64,000 nt of DNA, from positions 10,664,001 through 10,728,000 of the forward strand of contig NC_086108.1 in assembly GCF_963921235.1 (NCBI RefSeq). Reading direction: 5' to 3'. A model generated the notes under the pieces. The model had not been told where the DNA came from. It made no database searches and saw only the letters and a list, made by a program, of their open reading frames with translations. Below are positions 1 to 11,789 of this stretch, piece by piece (within the stretch, counting starts at the first letter, position 1; each line of letters begins with the position of its first letter). The position numbers and the translations under genes are program-made. The stretch comes from Mobula hypostoma (lineage: Eukaryota).

Positions 1-420
1 TAACCTTTGATGCCCTGACTAATCAAGAACCTATTAACCTTCACCTTAAATACACTCAATGATCTGGCTGCTACAGGCACCTGTGGCAACAAATTCCATA
101 GATTTATCACCCTCTGGCTAAAGAAATTCTTCCTCATCTCCGCTCTAAACTTACGTCCCTCTATTCTGTGGCTGTTCTCTCTGGTTCTGGACTTCACCAC
201 TATTGAAAATACCCTCCCCACGTCCACTTGATCTAAGCCTTTCAACATTTGATAGGTTTCAATCAGATTACCCCCTTCATTCTTCTAGACCCCAGTGAGC
301 CATTAGACTCCTCATACAATAAGTCCTTCCTTTTCAGAATCATTCTTGAGCTCTCTCCAATGTCAGCAAATCCTTTCTCAAATAAGGCTCCCAAAACTGC
401 TCCCGACAATCCCTTGCCAG
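1..420 (-). mobile_element. CR1 LINE 3' fragment (decayed)
   Basis: Reverse strand resembles the CR1 ORF2 C-terminus/3' end seen in better copies in this window (e.g. 57590-58070). Confidence 0.7.
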
Positions 421-497
421 CAGGGCACGGAGATGTGCCCTGAATACAAACTGCATGATTAAGCTCTTGAAAAGGAAATGGAGTTGTTTTGTTACAG

Positions 498-613
498 ACT
501 GTCACTTGGATCCCCAGCTCCAGAACAGAACTCCTGATGGAAGTTCTCAGCAATTATCAGAGAAGCCATCGACAGAACCTAGCCTGAGTACCAATGGGCA
601 TGGTATCAAATGA
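498..613 (+). CDS. Possible terminal coding exon of an upstream plus-strand gene: (x)CHLDPQLQNRTPDGSSQQLSEKPSTEPSLSTNGHGIK*
   Basis: Acceptor ttgttttgttacag| at 497, open phase-1 frame to TGA 611-613 in non-repetitive sequence; AATAAA at 3861. No homology recognised. Confidence 0.3.
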
Positions 614-1090
614 ATGGTTTTAGATTAGAGTCTAAGTGCAATTACAGGACTAAAAGCTATTTTTCAGCAAAGTAGCTGTGTCAGGGAACATTAATATGAT
701 ATATCAAAGCAATTCCCGACACCTTCAGTATCCCCACGTCTTAGATCTCTCTGTGTAGTACCCAGTAATTGTTTCAGTCCCCACATAGTATCTGTTGGAT
801 GTCAACATGACTTGGGTTTTAAAGCGTGCCTAGGATTCTGAAATTGCACTGGGAGAACTATTTTAAAAATGCATTCAGGAAGGCAGAGGAAGACAGGCCT
901 GATTATTTCTCAGAGGAGGAAGGCTCGAGGCTCACAGCGCATACTGTATACAGACTGTTGCTGGTAATACACTGAGCTGTTGTTCTCCCAGGTAACAAAC
1001 CCTCGGGTATCAGCTTCCCAGCTGATGCATGCCCTGGTGTCGATGCTTTCAAAGGCAACAGTCCCTCAGAAATCCATTTCCTCTGGAACA

Positions 1091-1250
1091 TGTCTGTTTC
1101 CCAGGTGATGGACACTAAAGTGACCGTGTCCAAGGTAACATCTCTCAGGTGTCTGTTTCCCAGGTGACTGACAGTCAGGTGACCGTATCCTGGGTAACAT
1201 CTCTCAGGGATTTGTAACTCAGGTTATGGACCCTCAGGTGACTCTGATCA
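1091..1250. repeat. About 59-bp degenerate tandem repeat (~2.7 copies)
   Basis: tgtctgtttcccaggtga...ggtaacatctctcagg at 1091 and 1150, decayed third copy. Confidence 0.6.
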
Positions 1251-1397
1251 TTGGGAATAGATAATGTCTTCCAGATCACTGCGAGGACACCCTAACCTTA
1301 CATCACAAGATCTGTAAGATCCAAGAAATTGCTGAGATCTTAATTCATACTTTGCTCTCTCAATCCACGATCCAGAGGCCTAGTAATGAATAGGAAA

Positions 1398-1915
1398 GGA
1401 TATGAGTTTGATGCTGTGGTGCTCGCCGAGCTTGGCGATTAGCTTGCAGACGTTTCATCTCCAGTCGAGGAGACATCCCCAGTGCACAGTTGTTGGTGTT
1501 TCAGTCTGGGAGTGCTCACATTTATATAGGCCCCCATTTGCTTGCCTCAGTACAGATTGGCTACCCCTCCGGTTGACCTTTGAATTCTATTGGCTCGCAT
1601 TTCTTTGGTCTTTAGGGATATGAGTGCTACGAGTGGATAAGTCGTGACTTATTTTGAGAACCTTCTTGAGCAACACACACAAGATGCTGGAGGAACTCAG
1701 CAGATCAGACAGCATCCATGGAAATGAATAAACAGTCGACGCTTCAGGTCTTGCGAAGCTCTTGCCATATGGGCGATGAAGTCAAATTCCTGGTCTGCGT
1801 TACCAATATTGAACTCCCAGCATGCTCCTGTACAATGGACCATGGGATTTTCCTCTGGATTTCCTGTTCTGCGTGTGGGAGTTTAACATCTTCACTTGAG
1901 TTTGTGGGAATGGGG
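1398..1915 (-). mobile_element. Penelope-like element remnant, interrupted by a second PLE fragment (~1672-1750)
   Basis: 1400-1620 closely matches the PLE end at 27150-27370; decayed hammerhead-like motif ~1445-1485. Confidence 0.6.
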
Positions 1916-2170
1916 AGAGTATGAAATCTTTAGAAAGCCACGTGGCATCAGGGAAGGCGTGGAGAAAATTTGTAGGAAACAGCTTGGATTAGAGAGCATG
2001 TTTCATGAGGAACTAATGAGCAAGCTAGATCTTTTCTCTTTGAAGCAAAGGAGGACGAGAGGTGACTTGAAAGTGGTGTACAAGATGATAAGAAGCACAG
2101 ATCAAATAGACAACCAGAGACTTTGCCCTAGGGGCAAATCATTCCAAAGAAATGGCAAATACCAGGGAGA

Positions 2171-2384
2171 CAACAGGAATTCTGCAGATGCTGGAAATTC
2201 AAGCAACACACATCAAAGTTGCTGGTGAATGCAGCAGGCCAGGCAGCATCTCTAGGAAGAGGTACATTCGACGTTTCAGGCTGAGACCCTTTGTCCTGAC
2301 GAAGGATCTCGGCCTGAAACATCGACTGTACCTCTTCCTAGAGATGCTGCTTGGCCTGCTGCGTTCACCAGCAACTTTGATGTG
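2171..2384. mobile_element. Palindromic non-autonomous PLE-derived mini-element inserted in an old CR1 fragment
   Basis: 14-bp TSD aaataccagggaga (2157-2170 / 2385-2398); inverted arms ~2209-2295 and ~2297-2384. Confidence 0.85.
2293..2326 (+). ncRNA. Minimal type I hammerhead ribozyme motif (slightly decayed)
   Basis: GUC-CUGACGA-AGGAUCUCGGCCU-GAAA-CAUC-GAC; stem I GUC/GAC. Confidence 0.55.
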
Positions 2385-2489
2385 AAATACCAGGGAGATT
2401 AATTTTAAGGTGTTCATAGAAAAGCACTGTACTTAGAGTATTGTGAGTAGTTCTGGGCCATTATATAAGAAACGTTGAACTGGCATGAG

Positions 2490-3140
2490 AACCATAGATC
2501 CATAGAACACTACAGCACAGAAAATAGGCCATTCAGCCCTTCTAGTCTGTGCCAAAACATTATTCCGCTAGTCCCATTGACCTGCATCCAGTCCATAAGC
2601 CTCCGGACCTCTCCTATCCATGTACCTATCCAATTTATTCTTGAAACTTAAGAGTGAGCCCACATTTACCACGTCAGATGGCAGCTCGTTCCACACTCCC
2701 ACCACTCTCTGAGTGAAGAAGTTCCCCCTAATGTTCCCCCTAAACCTTTCCCCTTTCACCCTAAAGCCATGTCCTCTCGTATTTATCTCTCCTAATCTAA
2801 GTGGAAAGAGCCTATTCACATTTACTCTGTCTATATCCCTCATAATTTTGTAAACCTCTATCAAATCTCCCCTCATTCTTCTCCGCTCCAAGGAATAAAG
2901 TCCTAACCTGTTCAATCTTTCCCTGTAACTCAACTCCTGAAGACCCAGCAACATCCTAGTAAATCTTCTCTGCACTCTTTCAATCTTACTGATATCCTTC
3001 CTATAATTAGGTGACCAGAACTGTACACAATACTCCAAATTTGGCCTCACCGATGTCTTAAACAACCTCCCCATAACGTCCCAACTCCTATACTCAATAC
3101 TTTGATTTATGAATGCCAGGGTGCCAAAAGCCTTCTTTAC
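2490..3140 (-). mobile_element. CR1 LINE 3' fragment
   Basis: ORF 2568-3074 VRPNLEYCVQFWSP...FFTQRVVGVWNELP is CR1 ORF2 C-terminus; (tctatgg)-type tail near 2490-2505. Confidence 0.9.
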
Positions 3141-4180
3141 AAAGAGATGGTCCAGAGGAGGCTCACAAAAATGAAAGCAGGAATGAAAAAGTTAATGTAT
3201 GAGGAGCGTTTGATGACTCTGGGACTGTATTCATTGCATTTTAGAAGAATCATGAAATGCCTAGATGGAGTAGATATGGAGAGGGCATTTCCTAATGGTC
3301 AAGTCCTAGATTCCCCCCACTCTAGGAAACTGTCTCTCAAAGTCCACTCTATCCAGGCCTTTCAATATTCAATATTGCTTTTGCCTAACATTACTTTTGC
3401 CTTTCTCGCCACTGACTCAACCTGCAATTTAACCTTTAGGGACTCCCAAGTCACACTATATGTGGAAAGTCTAATGTGCTGGAGAAGAACTTCAGCCCTA
3501 AGTTTCCCAAAAGCCTTCATCAGTGAGGGTTTCCTTTCCCCTAGGCTGGGGGCATTGTGGGCTAGTCATCATGATGCTTCCGAGATATTTTGTCCTCGTG
3601 TATTTGGAGAAGGTGCACTCCTTGCATCACCACTTCTCAGTGTCTGCAGCCCTTATCCCTCCCTGAACCAGGACAGAAACTGCTCAGAGTCATTAATATT
3701 TACCTCAAGCATACGTTGAGTCCGCCTGATAGGAGTTGACATTTCACTGTTCCTTGTGAGAAAGACTAATTCATTCTTCGTCCTCATGAAAACTTCAGCA
3801 TGTTTTTAAATCATTCATACTGCCTTCTCCAAGAGGCAGAATATTGGACTGTCAGAATTTAATAAATGTTTTGAAAGTTCTACATTAATCAGCAAGAGCC
3901 ATCATTACTTAGGGTCTGAAATAGTGCTTTGAAACTGATTCTTTTTTGGTCGGACGATATCCCAACAGTAATGAAGGTTCTGCTGATGAATTGGTTGGGC
4001 CATGTTTTCATTTTGTGCAGATTTCAACTTCCAAATTTCTGAATGATGGATAGTTGTATCGTCTTCAAGTTACATGTAACTTTGTGCCCTCTCAGAGACC
4101 ATGGACATGACGAACAGGTCTTTATGTCAAAGTTCATCTCTAGTTGGGTTGAATTGTTCTCCAGTCTTGGCAATTTACTA

Positions 4181-4220
4181 GCAAATGTTTCATCACCATA
4201 TGAGGAGACATCATCAGTGC
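4181..4220 (-). ncRNA. Minimal hammerhead motif of second PLE family
   Basis: Minus strand GCA-CUGAUGA-U-GUCUCC-UCAUAU-GGUGAU-GAAA-CAUU-UGC; mirror copy on + at 5053-5094. Confidence 0.55.
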
Positions 4221-4406
4221 GCTGTTAATTGTGCTATGTCCTCCAAATGCTTGGCCTTATCAATCGGCTGATTGATTATCATTACAGAAGCTCAGTTGTG
4301 ATGTGGGGAGGAAATCTCAATGCTGATTTGTTGTATGGTGAACTTATTGTGTTCTGGTCTGGAATTTTGCCCACATCGGCTCTTAAGTGGGATCGCAGTT
4401 TACATG

Positions 4407-4630
4407 CAAACAACAGGAATTCTGCAGATGCTGGAAATTCAAGCAACATACATCAAAGTTGCTGGTGAACGCAGCAGGCCAAGCAGCATCTATAGGAAGA
4501 GGTACAGTCAACGTTTCAGGCCGAGACCCTCCTGACGAAGGGTCTTGGCCTGAAACGTTGACTGTACCTCTTCCTATAGATGCTGCTTGGCCTGCTGCGT
4601 TCACCAGCAACTTTGATGTATGTTGCTCGA
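4407..4630. mobile_element. Palindromic PLE-derived mini-element nested in the fold-back PLE
   Basis: 10-bp TSD agtttacatg (4397-4406 / 4631-4640); same family as 2171-2384; core ctgacgaagggtcttggcctgaaacgtt ~4532-4559. Confidence 0.85.
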
Positions 4631-5341
4631 AGTTTACATGTCTGTTTACAGAATTATTTGCTGAAAACCACACTTCTAGGAATTCTCTTGCATGCCGCAT
4701 GTTTGCTTGCGCCACAGCTTTCACTGATGCCCACTCGAATTTGTGCCCCTTTCAACCTTCATGGGTAGAGATGAAAGGGGCACAAATTCGGCTGGGCATC
4801 AGTGAAAGTTGGGGCGCAAGAAAACAAGAGAATTCCAGGAGTGTGGGTTTTCCTTGAACAATTCTGTAAACAAACATGTCGACCCTGATCCTATTTATGA
4901 GCCGATACGGGCAAAATTCCAGACCACAAGGCACAGAGTTCGCCACACAAACGATCAGTGATGAGGTCCCCTCCCAAGATCACAACCGAGTTTCCGTAAT
5001 GATTGATGAATATGTAAAGATCAAGCAATTGGAGGGCATATCAGAATTAACAGCACTCTGACGATGTCTCCTCAAATGGTAATGAAATGTTTGCAAGTGA
5101 ATTGTCAAGATCAGAGAACAGCTCAACGCAACCGTCGATCACCCGAGCTACAGAGTTTATGAATTATTTCCCAGGTCCATCTCTTCCTGGTCCTGAGTGA
5201 AGTCACGTGTGTCCGGAACGCACTGATAATTCTATATCGGTGGGGTGGAGATGGAGGGGGTGAGTTCTCCAGAAATGCGATGCGCCAGCACAGCTCTGGA
5301 GTAGATCTCCAATGGGACAAGCATAATGTGATGGCAAATTT

Positions 5342-5406
5342 TCAGACTTTGAGCTCCTCTGCTCCTTGCCTTGCTAATTTTTTTTTGTACTGTGTTGGTG
5401 CTACAT
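5342..5406 (-). CDS. Putative last coding exon of SPATA9-like gene: (D)VAPTQYKKKLARQGAEELKV*
   Basis: Acceptor ctccccttcag|, phase 1 matches previous exon, ends in TGA. Confidence 0.45.
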
Positions 5407-5419
5407 CTGAAGGGGAGTC

Positions 5420-6800
5420 ATTGTAAGTTCAAAGTAACTTTACTATCAACGTACATATATGTTACCATAAATAACCCTGAGATTGATTTTCTTGTGGGCA
5501 TACTCAATAAATCCAATAGCCATAATAGAATCAATGAAAGACCACACCAGTGGGGGTGGACAACCAGTATGCAAAAGACAACAAACTGCAAATACAAAGA
5601 AAAGAAAGAAAGAACAATAAATAAATAAATAAGGAATAAATATCGAGAATATGAGATAAAGAGTCCTTGAAAGTGAGACCATAGGTTGTGGGAACAGTTC
5701 AGTGATGGGCAAGTGATGTTGAGTGAAGTTATCCCTTTTTGTTCCATAGCCTGATGGTTGAGGGATAGTATCTGTTTCTGAACCTGGTAGTTCATGTCCT
5801 GAAGCTCCTGTACCTCCTTACTGATGGTAGCAGTGAGAAGGGAGGATGTCCTGGGTGGTGGGAGTTGCTGATGATGGATATTGCTTTCTTGTCACAGCGC
5901 ACCATGTAGCTGGCACACTGCAACACAGGCACTTACAGTAGAACGAAGAAATACAATAGAATCAATGAAAAACTACTGACAAACAATCAAAAGGCAAAAG
6001 AAGACAAACTGCAAATACAAAATAGAATCACTGAATAATAATTAATCTATAAGTAAATAAATAATACTGAAATCATGAGTCGCAAAGTCCTTGAAAGTCC
6101 ATAAGTTGTGTTCAGAGATCAGTTCAGTGTTGAGGTGAGTGAAGTTATCCACACTGGTTCAGGAGCCTAATGGTTGTGGGGTAATAACTGTTCCTGAACC
6201 TGGTGGTGTGGGACCTGAGGCTCATTGTGGTGAGTGAAGTTATCCACACTGGTTCAGGAGCCTGATGGTTGTGGGGTAATAACTGTTCCTGAACCTGGTG
6301 GTGTGGGACCTGAGGATCATTGTGGTAAGTGAAGTTATCCACACTGGTTCAGGAGCCTGATGGATGTGGGGTAATAACTGTTCCTGAACCTGGTGGTGTG
6401 GGACCTGAGGCTCATTGTGGTGAGTGAAGTTATCCACACTGGTTCAGGAGCCTGATGGTTGTGGGGTAATAACTGTTCCTGAACCTGATGGTGAGGGACC
6501 TGAGGCTCTTGTACCTTCGTCCTGATGGTGACAGTGAGAAGAGAGCTTGCCCAGGATGGCGAGGCTCCTTAATGATGGCTGCTGCTTTCTTATGGTAGCA
6601 CGTCTCATAGATGTACTCATTGGTGGGGAGGGGATTTTCCTGTGGTAGACTGGGTTATATCCAGCACTTTTTGCAGGCATTTCTATTCTTGGACATTGGT
6701 GTTTCCATACCAGGCCGTGGTGCATCCAGTCAGAATACTCTCTACTGTGCATCTATAGAAGATTTTCAAAGTTTTAGATGACATCAAATCAAGTGAGTGT
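5420..6800 (-). mobile_element. Rex1/Babar LINE 3' fragments
   Basis: Motifs ESILTGCTTAWYGN and RSHTTRFRNSYYPTTIRLLN; (ttgaact)-type tail. Confidence 0.75.
6135..6508. repeat. 95-bp tandem repeat (~3.9 copies) derived from Rex1 ORF end
   Basis: Units start 6135, 6230, 6325, 6420; near-identical. Confidence 0.9.
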
Positions 6801-8529
6801 ATACAATCAAACAAGACAACATTTCTCTGAACCAGGGTACAAAGCACAGTAGTACACAGAACACACAATAACTTTGGAAAGGAGGATAAAATCTCAAAAT
6901 GAGTTACGCATAGATAAACAAAGTAAAGTGCATTAACTAAATATTGCAGGGTACAGTAGAAGTTATCCAGTGACATTTCGAATGTGATGTGGCAGGGAGT
7001 TCAGAACCCTCATGGCCTGAGGGAAGAACCTGTTTCCCACCCGGACTGTTCTTGTTTTTATATATTGGATGGTAGAAGGTCAAAGAGGATGCTGGCTGGA
7101 TGGGTGGCATCTCAGAAATTCTATGAATCTTGGAAGACTTATGTGGCATGTTTCTTACACAGAGTGGTATGTGTCTGAAATGCACTGCCAGAGGGACGGG
7201 GAAAGCAGGTATGATTAGAAAGTTTAAGAGGCTGTTAACAGACACCTGGACAGGTAGGTAATGGAAGGATATGGACCAGAGGCAGCAGATATGCAGTTTA
7301 AATTGGCATCATGTTAGGCACAGACGTGGTGGGTTAAGGTCAGCTCTTGTTCTGTGTTAGGCCATAAGATATAGGAGCAGGCTTATGCCATTCAGTCCAA
7401 TGAGCCTGCTCTGCTATTCCATCATGGCTGATTTATTATCCTTCTCAACCTCATTCTCCTGCCTTTTCTTCGCATACTGATCAAGAACCTGTTCTACACA
7501 GGTTGATTGGTCTTTGAGAAGGAGAAGAGTAAATCTGTGGTCAGACAACCAAATGATTCTCACTGTATGGGTTTACCAGTCTGGAGTTTCACAGATAGGG
7601 AACTCATTGGAAAGAAAACCGCAAACAAGCCCTGTGTCTTGGACTGTAATGGGGTCTATAGAACTATGTGCAGATACAGAAAGTGTGCAAAGACAACAGC
7701 ACCCCTCAAATCTGCCCCACCATTCATATCTGATCATAGCTGCTCTAACTGGGTGAGGAGGAGGAGGAATATTTAGGAGGCAGAAAGGGTTATAGAGAGG
7801 TCTTTCAGGCAAGCGGTCCCATCAAAGGTTCAGTCAGGCAGATAAGAGGGAGAGCAGGGGAGTCCTGCGGTTGTCCCCCTCAAAGAAATAATACTGTGTT
7901 GGAAGAGTGGAATGGCCTCTGGAGAGAAAATGACAGCGGCTTCCAGATCGCTGGCAATACGACTGGATCTGTTGCACAGCAGAGTAGGGCAAGGAGTTTT
8001 GGAATTACAACTGGTTGAATAGTTTCATGTTTCATTGGGCATATTTAAGGCAGAGGTTGATAGATTCTTGATTCGTTCTGTTATGAAGGGATAGAGGGAG
8101 AAGGCGGAAAATAGGCGCTCAGAAGAAAAATGGATCAGCCATGATGAAATGGCGGAGCAGACTTAAAGGGCCAAATAGCCTAATTCTGCTCATATATCTT
8201 AAGGTCTTATTATCTTATGGTACCAAGATACACTGAGAAGCTTGTCTTGCATACTGTTCACACAGACTGGGTCATTACATTGTTCATTGAGGTAGAACAA
8301 GGTAAAACAATAACAGAATGCAGAATAAAGTGTAACAGCTACAGAGAAAGTGCAGTGCAGGTAAATATAACATACAAGATCATTACGAGGCGCATTGTGA
8401 GGTCAAGAGACCATCTTATCGTACCAAAGAATCCAGATCATAGTCAGAGCAAAAATAAATCAACCATAATTGAATGGAGGAGCAGTTCGATGGGCTGAAT
8501 GACTTCTGGTATTATTTTAGCAGTCATGG

Positions 8530-9115
8530 GTGGCGGGGTAGAGATATGTCTCTAGCAAATGAGGTGTAAGGCATTCCTTCCTTCCGCTAGCCTGCAGGTT
8601 ATCCTTGGGGAAGATGTAGTACCTGCTTAGCCCCCCCAAACCTCTCCCTCACCCCGATCAGGGTCACATGATGCCTGGAATGCACTACCTGGTATGGTGG
8701 TTGAGGCAAATACATTCGAGGCTTTTAAGAGATGTTTAGATAGGGACATGGATGTGAGGAAGATGGAGGGATATGGACATGGTGTAGGTAGGAGGGATTT
8801 GTGTTTGTGTGCTTTTGATTTGCTTTTTAGCTGGTTGGGTACAACATTGTGGGATGAATAGCCTGTTCCTGTGCTGTATTGTTCAATGTTTTCAGCAGGT
8901 GGTGGATGGCCGTAGGTCCTGGTTATGCAACCACTGACGCCAGGCAGACAATCTCTGAAGAGTGTTGATAATGGCTGGGGTCACCTGTCTTGTAAAGATA
9001 CTGCCCAGGAGCAGACAATGACAAACCACTTGTGTATAAAAATTTGCCAAGAACAATCATGGTCCTGGACCATGATTGCTCATGTCGTGTAACATAACAC
9101 ATAATGATAATGATG
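8530..9115 (+). mobile_element. Unclassified SINE-like non-autonomous retroelement with (ATG)n-like tail, interrupted by CR1 fragment ~8676-8890
   Basis: Homologous copies at 46820-47150 (+), 56560-56755 (-), 58612-58990 (-). Confidence 0.6.
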
Positions 9116-9369
9116 GTGTACCTCCATCAATCCCATCTACTGCGTGACACTTCCAGGTAGAGGAGTGAAATTGCTCTGGCCCTGGCGTACTTTAATAGAC
9201 TTCCCTGACTTGTCTTTGGGATGACTGTCCACACTGCCTTCAGCGACGTCCCGTTGCTGATCTTCAACAGCATGGCCTGTTGCTTTGATATTTGTGCTTG
9301 CAGATTGATGGTTTGCTCTGGGAGATATTACACACTGCTCCCATGTCAGACTGAGAGGCTGCTGTTCAC

Positions 9370-9401
9370 CTGAGGTGAGAAACATGTACTCCGTGTTCCT
9401 T
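9370..9401 (-). CDS. Putative SPATA9-like micro-exon: (G)RNTEYMFLTS
   Basis: Acceptor gttctccag|, donor CAG|gtgaac; phase 2 to 1 fits both neighbours. Confidence 0.35.
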
Positions 9402-9499
9402 CTGGAGAACTGACCTCATTTGTCACTCGGTACAGTGTGTTCGGAATCCAATCGTCTGTCTCATCTTCTCAGCTCCAGAGGCCTGTCACCCCCTCTTAT

Positions 9500-10230
9500 A
9501 GAACACAGCCTAGCATGATTTTTTAACTTACTCTAAGAGCAATCTAACCCTTCCTTCCCACATATTCCTCCATTTTTGTTATCATCCATGTGCCTATTTG
9601 TGAGTATTTTAAATATCCCTAATGTATCTTCCTCCACCACACCCCTGACACTGGTTTCCACAGACTCATCACACTCTGTGTAATAAACTTGCATCTAACA
9701 TCCCCCACTATACTTTCCTCCAGTCACCTTAAAGTCATGCTCCCTTGTACTAGCCACTGACACCGTGGCAAAAACCCTCTGGCTGTCCACTTGATCTTAC
9801 CTCTTATCATCTTGCACACCCCGATTAGGTTACCTCTCACTCTTCTTCATTTCAAAGCGAACAGCCCTATCTCGGTCACTCTCTCCTCAGAAGACATGCC
9901 TTCTAGTCCGGACAGTATCCTGGTAAATCCCCTCTGCTCCCTCTCTAAAGCTTCCACGTCCTTCCCATAATGAGGTGACCAGAGCCAAACACAACCAAGT
10001 CTGGTCTAATCAAGGTTTTATAGAGCTGCAACGTTACCTCGTGAACTCAATCCCCCAACTAATGAAGGCCAACTCACTGTACACCTTCTTAACAACCCTA
10101 TCATCTTGCTGGGTAATTTTGAGAGATGTATGGACATAGACCCCAAGAACACCCTGTTCCTCTATACCATTAAGAATCATGCCATTAACCCCATACTTCA
10201 CCTCCAAATTTAACTGTGTCTTCATCATGG
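9500..10230 (-). mobile_element. CR1 LINE 3' fragment (decayed)
   Basis: Remnant LGVYVHTSLK...VVKK...LAFISWGIEF. Confidence 0.75.
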
Positions 10231-10245
10231 TTTGTTCATCTAAGG

Positions 10246-10989
10246 CAGGGGTCCCCAACATTTTTGCACCGCAGACCGGTTTAATATTGACAATATTCTT
10301 GCGGACCGACTGACCGGGGGGCGGGGGGGTGGTGTCCAAGTAGGGTTAAACTTACCTGAACATGTCTTTTACAGTTAGGGTTGCCAACTTTCTCACTCCC
10401 AAATAAGGGACAAAAGTAGCAGTCAAATCCCAGGACACTTTACCCCAGGAAAGACTACCATGACCATGAAGCCTTGTGCGGGCACCTGTGTGCGCATGCG
10501 CATACGTGCCGAATTTTTCCCCACAAATCGGTTTTGCTTTCATCTTCCTGACTATACTGTACATACATTATTTCTACTTTATATAGGCTGTGTATTTATC
10601 ATATCATTCCTGCTTTTACTATATGTTAGTGTTATTTATTTTCGGTTTTATGTGTTATTTGTTATGATTTGTTAGGTTATTTTTTGGGTCTGGGTACGCT
10701 CAAAAATTGTTCCCATATAAATTAATGGTAATTTCTTCTTTGCTTTACGCCATTTTGGCACAAAAGGTTTCATAGGAACGCTCTACCTTAGCGGGGGAAA
10801 TATGGGACAAGGGCGGCCCCATATGGGACAAACCAATTTAGCCCAATATACAGGATGTCCCGGCAAATACGGGACAGTTGGCAACCCTATGTTCAAGTGA
10901 CAGGGAATGAGGAAAGTTGCAGCTGACTCATATTGTTTCCTCACGGCCCGGTAGCACATGCTTTGTGGCCTGATGGTTGGGGACCGCTG
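10246..10989. mobile_element. hAT (Charlie-like) non-autonomous DNA transposon
   Basis: TIRs caggggtccccaac / ggttggggaccgctg; 8-bp TSD atctaagg / atctaatg; internal inverted pair tagggttgccaac...gttggcaacccta (10376-10889). Confidence 0.85.
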
Positions 10990-10999
10990 ATCTAATGCA

Positions 11000-11375
11000 C
11001 TCACGTGTGCCCTTTTGCGTGCACACACAAACAGACACACACACACTTACATACAGTACATGCACACATAGTCACATACACACGCACATGTACCCACACA
11101 CATATATACACACATGCACACACAGACATACCCACACAGATGTACGTGCACTCACACACATGCATTGCGTGCACGCACACACAAACACACACACAAAAAC
11201 ATATACACAAACATACATACACACCACACACACGCAAACACACACACACATACACACCACACACACACCACACACACACACAAAAACACACACAAAAACA
11301 CACGCGCGCACACACAAACACACACACAAAACACACACACAAACACACACACAAACACACACACACACACACACA
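11000..11375. repeat. CA-rich compound microsatellite
   Basis: Imperfect (CA)n; source of His/Thr and Cys/Val pseudo-ORFs. Confidence 0.95.
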
Positions 11376-11661
11376 CCCTGTCCACAATAGCCAAAACAAC
11401 TAAAAAACCCCAGCTGAACTCTCCCTGCTCTCGCACTTCATCGTGATGATTTCCTGCCCTTGGCCATCCTGACCACAGACAACTCTACAGTGCTGTGTGT
11501 CTGTAAAAGGCTAAACTGCATTCATTTCACACTGCAAACTGTCCCTCAGCTGCTTTCCCACTCCACAAATAATCTGATTTCTGATAACTGAGTTCATCAG
11601 ATCGGTGGATCTGGTATTACCTGCTAACGATCTTCAGCAAACCTCAAACTCTTCTCCTCAC

Positions 11662-11789
11662 CCCAGGTTGTCAGGAAGGAGAGCATAATGATCAAATATT
11701 TCATTCACAGGTAGGGTGGAAACTGCCTGTGGTGTGCTCAACACATTCTCTGGAGTCTCATTTGAGAGCTTGATGCACGTTCTAATTGT
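11662..11789 (-). CDS. Putative SPATA9-like exon: TIRTCIKLSNETPENVLSTPQAVSTLPVNEIFDHYALLPDNL(G)
   Basis: Polypyrimidine tract ttttctttgccataag|ggcag| (alternative start 11794); donor GG|gtgagg; open frame. Confidence 0.45.

Larger units (their letters stand above)
4120..5165. mobile_element. Fold-back (inverted-arm) Penelope-like element
   Basis: Inverted arms centred ~4765 (gaatttgtgcccctttca / tgaaaggggcacaaattc); ORF fragment AREFLEVWFS resembles a PLE GIY-YIG C-terminus; hammerhead motifs near both outer ends. Confidence 0.75.

Noticed and set aside
9137..9385. 82-aa ORF as a full terminal exon
   Set aside because: Possible alternative end, but the internal CAG|gtgaac donor gives a phase-consistent link to 5342-5406.
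10977..11446. His/Thr- and Cys/Val-rich ORFs (also 29282-30865, 33985-36768)
   Set aside because: Translations of CA/TG microsatellites on both strands; not genes.
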